64,000 nucleotides of DNA from Halanaerobiales bacterium (GTDB taxonomy: Bacteria > Bacillota > Halanaerobiia > Halanaerobiales > M55B127). Below, piece after piece: positions 27,482 through 37,342 of this stretch (the stretch's first letter is position 1; each line of letters opens with the position of its first letter). The stretch is taken from assembly GCA_034521955.1 (NCBI GenBank), contig JAXHLT010000003.1, positions 4,735 through 68,734 of the forward strand, read 5' to 3'. Under the pieces are notes generated by a model. It saw nothing but the letters and a program-made list of their open reading frames with translations. It had not been told where the DNA came from and did not search any database. The translations under genes were made by a program, and so were the position numbers.

Positions 27482-27718
27482 ATTTAATAAATAAATCATA
27501 TTTACTCAATCTATCAACCTTCCGGGGTGAAGTAGTCTCTAATCCAGATTATATCCTCACGGAAGTGTTAATGATAGATTATATTTTATAATTTGTGAAA
27601 ACTCTATATTTTGGGTTTTCATTTTTTATTTTAATTACATAAAATTTTGCACTATTTGTTTAAATATAGTAAAATAGAGTTAAGTTAATTAAAATAACAA
27701 ATAAAAAGGGGATTAAAA

Positions 27719-28567
27719 ATGAGTGAAAAAATTGCTGTGGTGACTGACAGTACAAGTGATTTATCAAAAGAAATATTAAAAGAAAAAAATATTGAATCAT
27801 TTCCATTAAAAATTATATATAGTGATCGTGAATATAGAGACAGAGTAAATATACAACCTCAGGAAGTATATGATAGTTTTGAAAAAGAAATTCCTTCTAC
27901 ATCTATGCCCGGTCCAGAAGAAATAAAAAATAAATATTTAGAATTAAAAGATAAAGGTTTTACCCATATAATTTCAATTCACATTTCTTCAGGCTTGAGC
28001 GGTACTTATAACACCTGTAAAATGGCAAGTAATGAAATTGAAGGTGTTACCATTGAATTAATAGATTCAAAGATGTTATCAATGGGATTAGGTAGATTAG
28101 TACTATATGCACAGGAATTAGTAGATAAAGGTGAAGACAGTTTTGATAGTATTGTAGAGATGGTAAAAAATAAGATTGATAGAATTGATCTTTACTTTGT
28201 TGTAAGTACTTTAAAGTATCTAAAAAAGGGTGGAAGAATTGGTAAAGTTAAAGGAACTATAGCAGAACTATTAAATATTAAACCAATAATTTCTATTGAT
28301 GAAGAAGGTAAATATTACACTTTTGATAAAGTCAGAAGTAGAAAAAAATCTATAAATAGACTAATAGATTTAGCTAAGGAAAAAATAAATGACGGGATTT
28401 GTTTTGTTGATGTCATGCATGCTGATGCTAAAAAAGAAGCTTCTAGTATATTAGATAAATTAAAAGACCTTAATAATGTAAAAGAAGCATCATTAGGAGA
28501 AATTAGTCCGGCTATGGTAGTACATTCTGGCCCGGGATTAATAGGAGTTTGTATCACAAAAGAATAA
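27719..28567 (+). CDS. DegV-family fatty-acid-binding protein
   Basis: IAVVTDSTSDL...STSMP...HISSGLSGTY...GGRIGK are DegV hallmarks. Confidence 0.85.
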   Translation: MSEKIAVVTDSTSDLSKEILKEKNIESFPLKIIYSDREYRDRVNIQPQEVYDSFEKEIPSTSMPGPEEIKNKYLELKDKGFTHIISIHISSGLSGTYNTCKMASNEIEGVTIELIDSKMLSMGLGRLVLYAQELVDKGEDSFDSIVEMVKNKIDRIDLYFVVSTLKYLKKGGRIGKVKGTIAELLNIKPIISIDEEGKYYTFDKVRSRKKSINRLIDLAKEKINDGICFVDVMHADAKKEASSILDKLKDLNNVKEASLGEISPAMVVHSGPGLIGVCITKE

Positions 28568-28579
28568 ATACTTTATTAG

Positions 28580-28605
28580 CCTCCATTTAAACATGGAGGT
28601 TTTTT
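28580..28605 (+). terminator. Intrinsic terminator
   Basis: CCUCCAU-UUAAAC-AUGGAGG followed by U6. Confidence 0.85.
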
Positions 28606-28734
28606 GTTGCGATGTTGTATATATATACAAAAAACATATAAATATTTTGTTATATTTACAAGAAGGAATCAACAATAATATTTTGAATATTTATAAAAGT
28701 GATACAATAATAAATTATAATAAGAGGTGGCCAA

Positions 28735-29964
28735 ATGTTACTAATAAAAAACGCACAATTGGTTGGTGAAAAAAATAAAAAGGATATATTAATTAAGGAA
28801 GGTATTTATTTTAAAATTGAGGATAACATTACTCCTACTGAGGATTGTGAAATTATCGATGCTAAAGGTAATTTAGTAACCCCAACATTTGTAAATCCAC
28901 ATATGCATTTAGACAAGGTATATACAGCTCTTGACGGCAGACAAAGTATAGAAGAAACATTAGAAGAATCAATTACCATTATGCATAAAGCCAAAAGAAA
29001 TTATACAGTTGAAAGTGTTAAAAAAAGAGCCATTAGAGCTATCAAGGACTGTGTAGGTTTTGGTACAACCAAAATTAGAACTAGTGTAGATATTGATAAT
29101 ATTATCGGTTTAACAGGTTTAAAAGGGGTTATGGAAGCTAAAAAAGAGTGTGAAGATATCTGTGATATACAGATAGTAGCTTTTCCACAGGAAGGTATAT
29201 ATAACAATGAAGGAACTGAAGAATTATTATGGGAAGCTATGGAATATGGTGCAGACTTAATTGGAGGTATGCCAGCTGCCGAATATACTGACAAGTATTC
29301 AAAAAAACATGTTGATTTAGTATTTGAGATAGCAAAAAAATATGATGTGGATATTGATATGCATATTGACCAGACTAAAGATATTTTTGCAAGATCTCTT
29401 GAATATACAGCTATGAGATCTTATGAAGAAGGATATCAGGGTAGAGTAACAGGAGGTCACTGTACATCAATAACTTATCAAAATGATGCTCATGCAAAAA
29501 AAGTTATGGAACTTTTAAAGTTTGTAGATTTTAATGTATGTACAAATCCACAAGTTATAGCCATAATGGGTATAGATCCTGAACCAAGAACAAGAGGTGT
29601 TACAAGAATAAGAGAAATGGTTGAGATGGGTATCAATATTGCAACCGCTCAAGATACAATATGTGATGGGTTCCATATTTTTGGAAAAGGTGATCCTCTA
29701 GACTATGGTCTTTTATTATCATATGTAGCACAGTATAATACACCGGATAAAGTAAAAATTATATATGATATGATCACTAAAAATGCTGCTAAGATACATC
29801 GTCTTGAAGGTTATGGAATTGGTGTTGGAAATAAAGCAGATTTAAACATAATAGATGCAAAAAATTTACAAGAAGCATTTAGAACCAGAGCAGATAGAAG
29901 TTATGTGATTAAAGATGGGAAAGTGCTTGTTAGAAATTATAGTAGAAGAGAATATCTGATATAA
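28735..29964 (+). CDS. Metal-dependent amidohydrolase, cytosine-deaminase-like
   Basis: FVNPHMHLDK (HxH metal motif), later DMHIDQ and ATAQDT. 409 aa, the size and layout of the CodA/AtzC-type subfamily. Confidence 0.65.
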   Translation: MLLIKNAQLVGEKNKKDILIKEGIYFKIEDNITPTEDCEIIDAKGNLVTPTFVNPHMHLDKVYTALDGRQSIEETLEESITIMHKAKRNYTVESVKKRAIRAIKDCVGFGTTKIRTSVDIDNIIGLTGLKGVMEAKKECEDICDIQIVAFPQEGIYNNEGTEELLWEAMEYGADLIGGMPAAEYTDKYSKKHVDLVFEIAKKYDVDIDMHIDQTKDIFARSLEYTAMRSYEEGYQGRVTGGHCTSITYQNDAHAKKVMELLKFVDFNVCTNPQVIAIMGIDPEPRTRGVTRIREMVEMGINIATAQDTICDGFHIFGKGDPLDYGLLLSYVAQYNTPDKVKIIYDMITKNAAKIHRLEGYGIGVGNKADLNIIDAKNLQEAFRTRADRSYVIKDGKVLVRNYSRREYLI

Positions 29965-29974
29965 TCAAAATAAT

Positions 29975-30029
29975 AAACCCTTTTTGGTATGCATTTTTAA
30001 AATATAACATACTAAAAAGGGGTTTTTTT
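29975..30029. terminator. Bidirectional terminator (long hairpin)
   Basis: AAACCCUUUUUGGUAUG...CAUACUAAAAAGGGGUUU followed by U7, between convergent genes. Confidence 0.75.
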
Positions 30030-30978
30030 AACTAAATATATAATAAAGTATAAATGAAAGTAGATATGTAATATTTATCCAAAGAAAGTTTTTAATTGAT
30101 GTTTTGAAAGTACTTTTTTTACTTTGTTTTCTTAAAAATAATTTAGTATTATTATATACAGGTAAAATGGTAAAAAATACTAATAATGAAATGACAGGAA
30201 TTATTTTTAAAAATATAAGAAACAATATATTAATATAAGATAGAATATACAAAGATTTAAAAAGTATTAACGATTTTTCTTTACCAATATAGATTGGTAA
30301 TGTATAACGCTCATTTTTAATATCATCGTCAATATCTGAAATATTATTTGCTAACATAATATTAGCAACACTTAATACAACAGGTAATGAGACTAAAAAT
30401 ATAATAATTAATTTTAAAATGTCTATCTCTAAAAATATTCTGTAGTTTTCTATTAATATATTAATAATTTTACTATTCATATCAAGATGAATATGAACAG
30501 CTAAAAAGAATACAACAAACCCCATAAAAAAACTAGATAATAATTCACCAAACGGAGTTCTTGATATAGGAATTGGACCAAAAGAGTATGTAATTCCAAC
30601 TATAAATGATATAATTCCAACAAATAATACGATTAAATCAGTTCTTAGAAATAAAATCAATCCACTAATAATTGCTAATAGTAACATAGTAAAAATTGTT
30701 GTGATAACTGTGGTTGTTTTTAAACTATAATTATTAATAGGGTTATGAACATTATAGTTATAACCTTGTTCATGTTTAGCCTTTTTGTAGTCATAGTAAT
30801 GATTTGTAGCAGTAGTAGTCATATCTATTAATATTACAGATATGAAAAAAAGCAGTAAGTTTAACACCTTTAATTGCCCAAATCTATTTAAAGTATAAAA
30901 GGTTCCTAACAATAAGGGGATCATACTGGAAACTTTAGTTCGTATTTCAACTAAGGATATAAAACTTTTTATATTCAA
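30028..30978 (-). CDS. menA: UbiA-family prenyltransferase, MenA/DmkA-like (1,4-dihydroxy-2-naphthoate polyprenyltransferase)
   Basis: 316 aa with 8-9 TM segments. NHYYDYKKA (first Asp-rich motif) and ANNISDIDDDIKNERYTLPIYIG (second motif), as in MenA. TTG start with GGAG RBS. Confidence 0.7.
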   Translation of the reverse strand: MNIKSFISLVEIRTKVSSMIPLLLGTFYTLNRFGQLKVLNLLLFFISVILIDMTTTATNHYYDYKKAKHEQGYNYNVHNPINNYSLKTTTVITTIFTMLLLAIISGLILFLRTDLIVLFVGIISFIVGITYSFGPIPISRTPFGELLSSFFMGFVVFFLAVHIHLDMNSKIINILIENYRIFLEIDILKLIIIFLVSLPVVLSVANIMLANNISDIDDDIKNERYTLPIYIGKEKSLILFKSLYILSYINILFLIFLKIIPVISLLVFFTILPVYNNTKLFLRKQSKKSTFKTSIKNFLWINITYLLSFILYYIFS

Positions 30979-31269
30979 TGTCGACTACTCCTTTTTAATA
31001 GTTATTTAACTAGACAATAGTTAAGCTCCTGAAAAAATCCAGGAGCTCTGTGAAAGGATGTATATATTAACTTAGACATAAATGATTAAAATCCTTTTAT
31101 TTAAATTCAATTTATTTATTATTCTTGATTATTTGACTAAACTAATATCTGATTTATAAATTATCTGAAAATTATAATAAATATTGTTATATTTGCAGGA
31201 AAAAAGTATAGTTCTGTTTAACCTATTAAGTACAAGTGAAATAAATATCAAAGGGGTGTTTATAAAAAT

Positions 31270-32155
31270 ATGGAAGATAAATTCAAAGGAGCTTTAATGG
31301 GTTTAATAGTAGGAGATGCTCTTGGTGCACCATTTGAAGGAATGAAAAGTAAAAATATTAAATTTGATAATAAGATGGAAAGTGGTGGACCACATAATAT
31401 AAGAGCTGGCCAATGGACAGATGATAGTTCGATGGCTCTTTGTTTAGCTGAAAGTTTAATAAAAGATGGTTTTGATTTAGAAAGTCAGATGAATCGTTAT
31501 GTTAAATGGTTTGAAAACGGTTATCTAAGTTCCAAAAAGAAATCATTTGGAATAGGTAGTAATACTAGTTTAGCAATAACAGATTTCATACAAAAAAATG
31601 AACTGCCTCCTCAAAGAGAAAAAGCAGCAGGTAATGGCAGTATAATGAGATTGGCACCTATTCCCATGTATTACATAAATAACTATGATAAAACAGTTTA
31701 TTATTCAGCCAAAGAGCTCTATAACAACACATAATAATATTATGGCTATAGATTCTTGTAAATTTTTAGGTGCATTTATACATTATGCGATAAATGGTAA
31801 GGATAAAAACTTTTTAATTGGTGATGTATATAAAAATATGGATCTTGATGAACGTGTTTTAGATAGAGTTAAGGGTGATTTTAAAAATAAGGATAGAAAA
31901 GATATTAATTCAGACGCTTTTGTGTTAAATACCCTTGAAGCTAGTTTATGGTGTTTTTATAATTCAGATGATTATGAATCTGCTGTAAAGCTTGCAGTTA
32001 ATTTAGGAGGAGATACTGATACAACAGCAGCAGTTACTGGACAAATGGCGGGATCATTTTATGGTAGCAGTAGTATTCCAAAAGATTGGATTAATAAATT
32101 AGCAAAAAAAGAGCTTATACTAAGTCTAATAAGAGGATTAAAACAAGCACTATAG
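31270..32155 (+). pseudogene. ADP-ribosylglycohydrolase family protein (DraG/ARH-like), 1-nt frameshift
   Basis: GALMGLIVGDALGAPFEG...WTDDSSMAL, then after about 31711-31716 the +1 frame reads SSITTHNN...GGDTDTTAAVTGQMAGSFYG. Confidence 0.8.
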
Positions 32156-32209
32156 ATAATCTTTAGAACATACATAAATTAAAGTTATATTGATAAAGTT
32201 AAATACTTT

Positions 32210-32243
32210 CATTCACCTGGTTTTATTTGGGTGAATGTTTTTT
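32210..32243 (+). terminator. Intrinsic terminator
   Basis: CAUUCACC-loop-GGUGAAUG followed by U6. Confidence 0.8.
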
Positions 32244-32313
32244 ATTTTACAGGAAAATTTAAATATATCAAGAATTTATAATAATAGTAGTTAATGTAAA
32301 GGAGGCTTTTAAT

Positions 32314-33279
32314 GTGTTTGTAATTACAATTTCAAGGCAGTCATCAAGCCTCGGAGAAGAAATTGCTGAAGAATTAGCAAATAAATTAGGGGTAAAATTA
32401 TTAACAAGAGACCATGTAATTAATAATTGGCTTTCAGATGTTGCTGATGATCATGATATACATATGTTAAAAGAGACATCTAAACATTATTTAAAGTCAG
32501 CACAAAATGGTAAAACATTTAAAGATATAATTATAAAGAAATTAAAAATGAAAGTTGAGAAAGAAAATCTTGTCATTTTAGGACTGGGCTCTCAAATTAT
32601 CTTTAAGGATTATGCTCATGCTGTTCATGTGAAGATAATATGTTCGGATAAAATTAGAGTTCAACGTGTAATGGAAAAATATAATATAAATAGAGAGCGA
32701 GCAATAAGATCTGTTGATTTAAGTGATAGAAAACATAGAAGATATGTGCATAGATTATTTAATAAGGATTGGAACAATAGTTCATTGTATCATCTTAATA
32801 TTAATACAGCAGGGTTAGCTGTTAATGAAGCTGTAAACTTAATTATTCACCTTCTTGAGATGAAAAAAGAAAATCCAGAATCATTATTTAAAAACTTAGA
32901 TAAATATAAAAGTCATATAAATAAATCAGAAGATATAGATTTTGTTCATGATAGTGAAAAGGATTTTGCAGAAATATTGGATATGTATAATATTAAGTGG
33001 GAGTATGAACCCTCAGAATTCCCTCTAGAGTGGGATGCAGAGGGTAATATATCAATGGGTTTTAGACCTGACTTTTATCTTCCTGAATTCGATACTTATA
33101 TCGAACTTACAACCATGAAACAAAAATATGTAACAGAAAAAAATAAAAAAGTAAAGATGTTACAAAAACTTTATCCAAATATAAATATTAATATTGTATA
33201 TAAAAAGGATTATCATAAACTATTGAATAGATTTGGTATAAATGAAATAAAAGAAGATGAAGGTGAAAATGATGAATAA
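32314..33279 (+). CDS. Fusion protein: cytidylate-kinase-like N-domain plus PD-(D/E)xK-nuclease-like C-domain (function unknown)
   Basis: The N-terminus ITISRQSSSLGEEIAEELANKLGVKLLTRD resembles the cytidylate kinase-like family. The C-terminus ...GFRPDFYLPEFDTYIELTTMKQKY resembles a restriction-endonuclease-like core. GTG start after AAGGAGG. The 3' end overlaps hpt by 23 nt. Confidence 0.5.
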   Translation: MFVITISRQSSSLGEEIAEELANKLGVKLLTRDHVINNWLSDVADDHDIHMLKETSKHYLKSAQNGKTFKDIIIKKLKMKVEKENLVILGLGSQIIFKDYAHAVHVKIICSDKIRVQRVMEKYNINRERAIRSVDLSDRKHRRYVHRLFNKDWNNSSLYHLNINTAGLAVNEAVNLIIHLLEMKKENPESLFKNLDKYKSHINKSEDIDFVHDSEKDFAEILDMYNIKWEYEPSEFPLEWDAEGNISMGFRPDFYLPEFDTYIELTTMKQKYVTEKNKKVKMLQKLYPNININIVYKKDYHKLLNRFGINEIKEDEGENDE

Positions 33280-33800
33280 TGAAAACATTGGAGAAATTAT
33301 TTTTAGTGAAAAGGATATTAAAAATAGGGTTTTAACAGTAGCTGAAGAGATTAGTAAAGATTATAAAAATACTGAACCAATTTTGATAGGAATTTTTAAG
33401 GGATCTGTATACTTTTTGTCAGACTTAAGTAGGTCTTTAGAATATTGAACATAATATTGATTTTTTATCAATTGGAAGGTTTAAAACAACGGAAGAGTCG
33501 AAAGAAAAGGTTAAAATAACAAAAGATTTAGATTTAAGTATTAGAAATCGAGATATAATTGTAATTGAAGATATTATAAGAACTGGTTTAACTCATAGTT
33601 ATATTTTAAAAAATTTAAAACCTAGAAGACCCAATAGTATAAATTTATGTGTTTTTTTAGATTGTAAAAAACAGAGGTTGGTTGATTTACCTATTAAATA
33701 TAGTGGATTTGATCTTGATGATCGCTTTGTAGTTGGTTATGGATTAGATTATGAAGAAAAATATAGGAACTTGCCATTTATTGCAGAGTATATAAAATAA
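33257..33800 (+). pseudogene. hpt: Hypoxanthine phosphoribosyltransferase, 1-nt frameshift
   Basis: IIFSEKDIKNRVLTVAEEISKDY...ILIGIFKGSVYFLSDL, then after about 33438-33446 the +1 frame reads IEHNIDFLSIGRF...DIIVIEDIIRTGLT...VVGYGLDYEEKYRNLPFIAEY. Confidence 0.85.
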
Positions 33801-34336
33801 AAAAAGGCTCCAACGAACCTTTTTGATTCATTATCCTTTTAGCAATCTTCTTTTTCACATCGAAACCTATTTAAATCATCTAAAATCCTTTCTTTAGATC
33901 TTCTTCGGTCAATATAGAGTATATTTATTGATGTTAGTACTAAAACAAGTACCAACTATCTATAAATTTCTCCTATTAACCTCCAACCCAAAGTCCAGAT
34001 GTTACCGAACAATCTAGGTATTCGATAAAGATTGTTACTTAGGATAAATTCTCTTAAGTATTCCTTGGAGCCTATTTTTATTATAGTCTACATATCTTTA
34101 ATAGTCAAAGATGTGAGTAAAGCTATTAAGAGCAGTCACAATAAAATAACTAATTAATTCTTCTAAATAGTTCTTTTATCTTAAAATATCAAATAAATAT
34201 GTAATATATAAATAAATATACATTGATTATTGATATATAATAGTGGTAAGATTATATTATAGAGTAAATATAATAAGTTATATTTATTTTTCATAAATAT
34301 ATTTTAGATATTCTCTTATGAAAAGGAGGAAGTAAA

Positions 34337-34784
34337 TTGTTAAAAGGATTTAAAAGTTTTATCTTGAAAGGTAATGTAGTGGAAATGGCTGTAGGTATTA
34401 TTATTGGCTTGGCATTTAATAAGATTATATCATCTTTTGTTAATGATGTATTAATGCCTCCTCTTAGTTTGATAATTGGAAAAATAAATTTTTCAAATTT
34501 ATATATCAATTTAAGTCAAAGAGAATTTGAATCTTTAGCTGTAGCTGAAGAAGCAGGAGTTCCAATAATTAAATATGGACTTTTTATAAACACACTTAGT
34601 TGATTTTATAATAGTTGCTTTTGTTTTATATATGGTTATAACCTATTATAATAAATTAAATGAAAAAAAGAAAAAAGAAGAAGTTGCTAAAGCATCGGAT
34701 ACTAAAGAATGTCCTTATTGTTTTTCAACTATTAATATTAAAGCTACTGTTTGTCCAGAATGTACAACTAATTTAGAAAATTAA
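34337..34784 (+). pseudogene. mscL: Large-conductance mechanosensitive channel MscL with C-terminal CxxC..CxxC tail, 1-nt frameshift
   Basis: MLKGFKSFILKGNVVEMAVGIIIGLAF... The frame changes at about 34596-34600 to [13 protein letters not shown]...[24 protein letters not shown] start after AAGGAGG. Confidence 0.85.
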
Positions 34785-34810
34785 AAACTAATATATGGAG
34801 ATGATTTATT

Positions 34811-35917
34811 ATGGAAAGTGAAGCACTGAAGTATATTTTACTTAATAATACAATTTATAATTACTTAGTATCTATAAGTATTATTGTCTTAGGTTTGATT
34901 CTTATCAGAGTTTTAAGATATGTTTTTTCTAAAAAAATAAATAATCTAATAAAAAAATATTCTGCTAGGTTTGCTGATTTTACTGATAAGTTTATTGAAA
35001 AAAGAGTTATTCCTTTAACTAGTATAATAATTATTTATGCAGCATTAAATAGACTTAATTTAAGTCAATCAATACACAAATTTGTTAATATTGTTTTTAT
35101 ATTTTCTATAGTAATATATATTACTTTACTGATTCAAGATATAATTGTTTATACAATGAAAAAGTACTGGGAGAAAAAACAAAGTAATCAAGCTCAAGAC
35201 ACTGTTTTTACAGTTTCAGTATTTTTAGTAAAGTTAATAACCTGGTTAGTTGCTCTATTATTTATATTAGATAACTTAAATATTGAAATTAGAGGTCTTA
35301 TAACAGGACTTGGTGTTGGTGGTATTGCAATTGCATTTGCAGCCCAGACTATATTAGCTGACATATTTAGTTATTTTACTATATTTTTGGATAGGCCATT
35401 TGATATTGGAGATTTTATAATTATAGGAGAATATAGAGGTAATGTAGAACATATTGGGATTAAAACAACAAGAGTAAGAAGTCTAAGTGGTGAACAGTTA
35501 GTATTTTCTAACAATGATTTGACAAATTCAAGAATTCATAACTATAAAAGGATGCAGAGAAGAAGAATCAACTTTAATTTTGGAGTAGTTTACAGTACTC
35601 CAGTTGAAAAAGTGGAAAAAATACCAAAGATAATAGAAGATATAGTAAATAGTGTAGAAAAAACCTGTTTTGATCGAGCACATTTTGCCACTTATGGTGA
35701 TTTTAGTCTAATATTTCAAGTTGTTTATTATGTAGAAGATAGTGATTATAAAATATACATGAATATTCAAGAAAAGATAAATTTAAAGATAAAAGAAGTA
35801 TTTAACAAAGAAAACATTGAATTTGCTTATCCTACACAAAGTATTCATGTCTATGATAATGACAAAAACATTAATATTGAGCCACTCAATAAAAACGGGA
35901 GGGAAAATCATGAGTGA
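34811..35917 (+). CDS. MscS-family small-conductance mechanosensitive channel
   Basis: 368 aa. TM region then GVGGIAIAFAAQTILADIFS...PFDIGDFI...G.VE.IGIKTTRVRSL is the MscS core. Confidence 0.85.
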   Translation: MESEALKYILLNNTIYNYLVSISIIVLGLILIRVLRYVFSKKINNLIKKYSARFADFTDKFIEKRVIPLTSIIIIYAALNRLNLSQSIHKFVNIVFIFSIVIYITLLIQDIIVYTMKKYWEKKQSNQAQDTVFTVSVFLVKLITWLVALLFILDNLNIEIRGLITGLGVGGIAIAFAAQTILADIFSYFTIFLDRPFDIGDFIIIGEYRGNVEHIGIKTTRVRSLSGEQLVFSNNDLTNSRIHNYKRMQRRRINFNFGVVYSTPVEKVEKIPKIIEDIVNSVEKTCFDRAHFATYGDFSLIFQVVYYVEDSDYKIYMNIQEKINLKIKEVFNKENIEFAYPTQSIHVYDNDKNINIEPLNKNGRENHE

Positions 35918-36317
35918 TAAAAATAAATTTGAGGTTAATAAAAGTGAAGAAGAATGGAAAAAGAAGTTGACAAAAAATGAATTTTTAGTTTTAAGAAATA
36001 AAAAAACAGATCCTCCTTTTAAAAATGAATACTATACTAATAAAAGAAATGGTATCTATAAATGTGCTGCATGTGGAAATAAACTCTTTGATTCTAAAGA
36101 TAAATATGATTCTGGTTCGGGTTGGCCGAGTTTTACGAAACCTATAAATGAGAATGCAGTAAAATATCAAGATGATTTTAAATTACCCCAAAAAAGAACC
36201 GAAGCAATATGCAGCAGATGTGGAAGTCATTTGGGACATCTTTTTAATGATGGACCTAAACCCACTAATAAAAGATACTGTATTAACTCTACATCACTCG
36301 ATTTTATAGAAGAGTAA
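35910..36317 (+). CDS. msrB: Peptide-methionine (R)-S-oxide reductase MsrB
   Basis: RBS GGGAGGGA then ATG 35910 (the track ORF is extended upstream to 35817). CAACGNKLF, GWPSF, CSRCGSHLGHLFNDGP, RYCINS. Overlaps the mscS-family gene by 8 nt. Confidence 0.9.
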   Translation: MSDKNKFEVNKSEEEWKKKLTKNEFLVLRNKKTDPPFKNEYYTNKRNGIYKCAACGNKLFDSKDKYDSGSGWPSFTKPINENAVKYQDDFKLPQKRTEAICSRCGSHLGHLFNDGPKPTNKRYCINSTSLDFIEE

Positions 36318-36403
36318 TGTTAAATGTAAACTTGACTAAAATACTCGGATATTATATAGTAATATTAGAAATGGTTGACAATTATTTTTAAGAAGGTGTA
36401 ATA

Positions 36404-37339
36404 ATGAAATATTTATATGGACCGGTTCCATCAAGAAGATTGGGAGTATCTTTAGGTATTGATTTAATACCTTATAAGATTTGTTCATTTAACTGTATAT
36501 ACTGTGAATGTGGTAAAACTACTAATTTATCTATTAAAAGAAAAGAATTTAAACCAGTTGAAAAAATTATAAAGGAGTTAGATGAATATCTAAAAGAAAA
36601 ACCTAAACTAGATTATATTACTTTTTCAGGTTCAGGAGAACCAACTTTATATTTACATCTAGGAAAGATTATAAAATTTATTAAAGCTAATTATCCCGAA
36701 TATAAATTAGCATTGTTAACAAATAGTAGTTTGTTGGGGGATAAAAGTCTTAGAAATGAATTAAAAGAACTTGATTTAATAGTTCCTTCTATAGATTCTG
36801 TTATTGATAAGAATTATAAAAAAATTAATCAACCTCATAAGGACATAACTTTAAATCAGATTATAGAAGGTTTAATTTCTTTAAGAAAAGAGTTTAAAGG
36901 TAAAATATTTCTAGAGATATTTATTGTACCAGGTATAAATGATAGTGAAGATGAGTTTAAAAAGTTTAAAGGAATTATAGATAAGATAAATCCTGATCGG
37001 GTACAAATTAATACTTTAGATCGTCCCGGTACCGAAAAATGGGTAGAACCTGCTGATAAAAATATACTTGAAAAAGCTGTAGAAATTATTGGTAAGAAGG
37101 CAGAAATTATTGGTCCTTATATACCTGAAAAAACTACGGTTAAGTTAAGTCATGCTGTAAAAAAAAGAATTATTGAAATGATTAGCAGAAGACCCTGTAC
37201 TGTAAAAGATCTTTCTGAAATATTAAACTTACATGTTAATGAAGTTAATAAATATCTAAGAGAAATAGATCAAGAAATAGACATACAAACAAAGGATGAA
37301 AAAAGAGGTAAGTTTTATTTTATTATGAAGGAGGTCTAA
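36404..37339 (+). CDS. Radical SAM protein (COG0731-like) with C-terminal winged-helix-like tail
   Basis: CSFNCIYCECG (Cx3Cx2C), FSGSGEPTL (SAM-binding GGE-like). The C-terminus RIIEMISRRPCTVKDLSEILNLHVNEVNKYLREI is HTH-like. Confidence 0.7.
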   Translation: MKYLYGPVPSRRLGVSLGIDLIPYKICSFNCIYCECGKTTNLSIKRKEFKPVEKIIKELDEYLKEKPKLDYITFSGSGEPTLYLHLGKIIKFIKANYPEYKLALLTNSSLLGDKSLRNELKELDLIVPSIDSVIDKNYKKINQPHKDITLNQIIEGLISLRKEFKGKIFLEIFIVPGINDSEDEFKKFKGIIDKINPDRVQINTLDRPGTEKWVEPADKNILEKAVEIIGKKAEIIGPYIPEKTTVKLSHAVKKRIIEMISRRPCTVKDLSEILNLHVNEVNKYLREIDQEIDIQTKDEKRGKFYFIMKEV

Positions 37340-37342
37340 AAA

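Noticed and set aside
27511-27577. Imperfect 67-nt hairpin after oppF (CTATCA..CTTCCG / CGGAAG..TGATAG), considered as a possible structured RNA or REP-like element.
   Set aside because: It has only two 6-bp helices with a large unstructured interior, no U-run, no second copy in the window and no resemblance to a known RNA class. The real terminator-like hairpin is at about 27596-27628.
35817-35909. N-terminal extension of msrB suggested by the track (start at 35817).
   Set aside because: The extension overlaps the 3' end of the MscS-family gene in another frame and encodes non-MsrB sequence. A strong RBS (GGGAGGGA) precedes ATG 35910.
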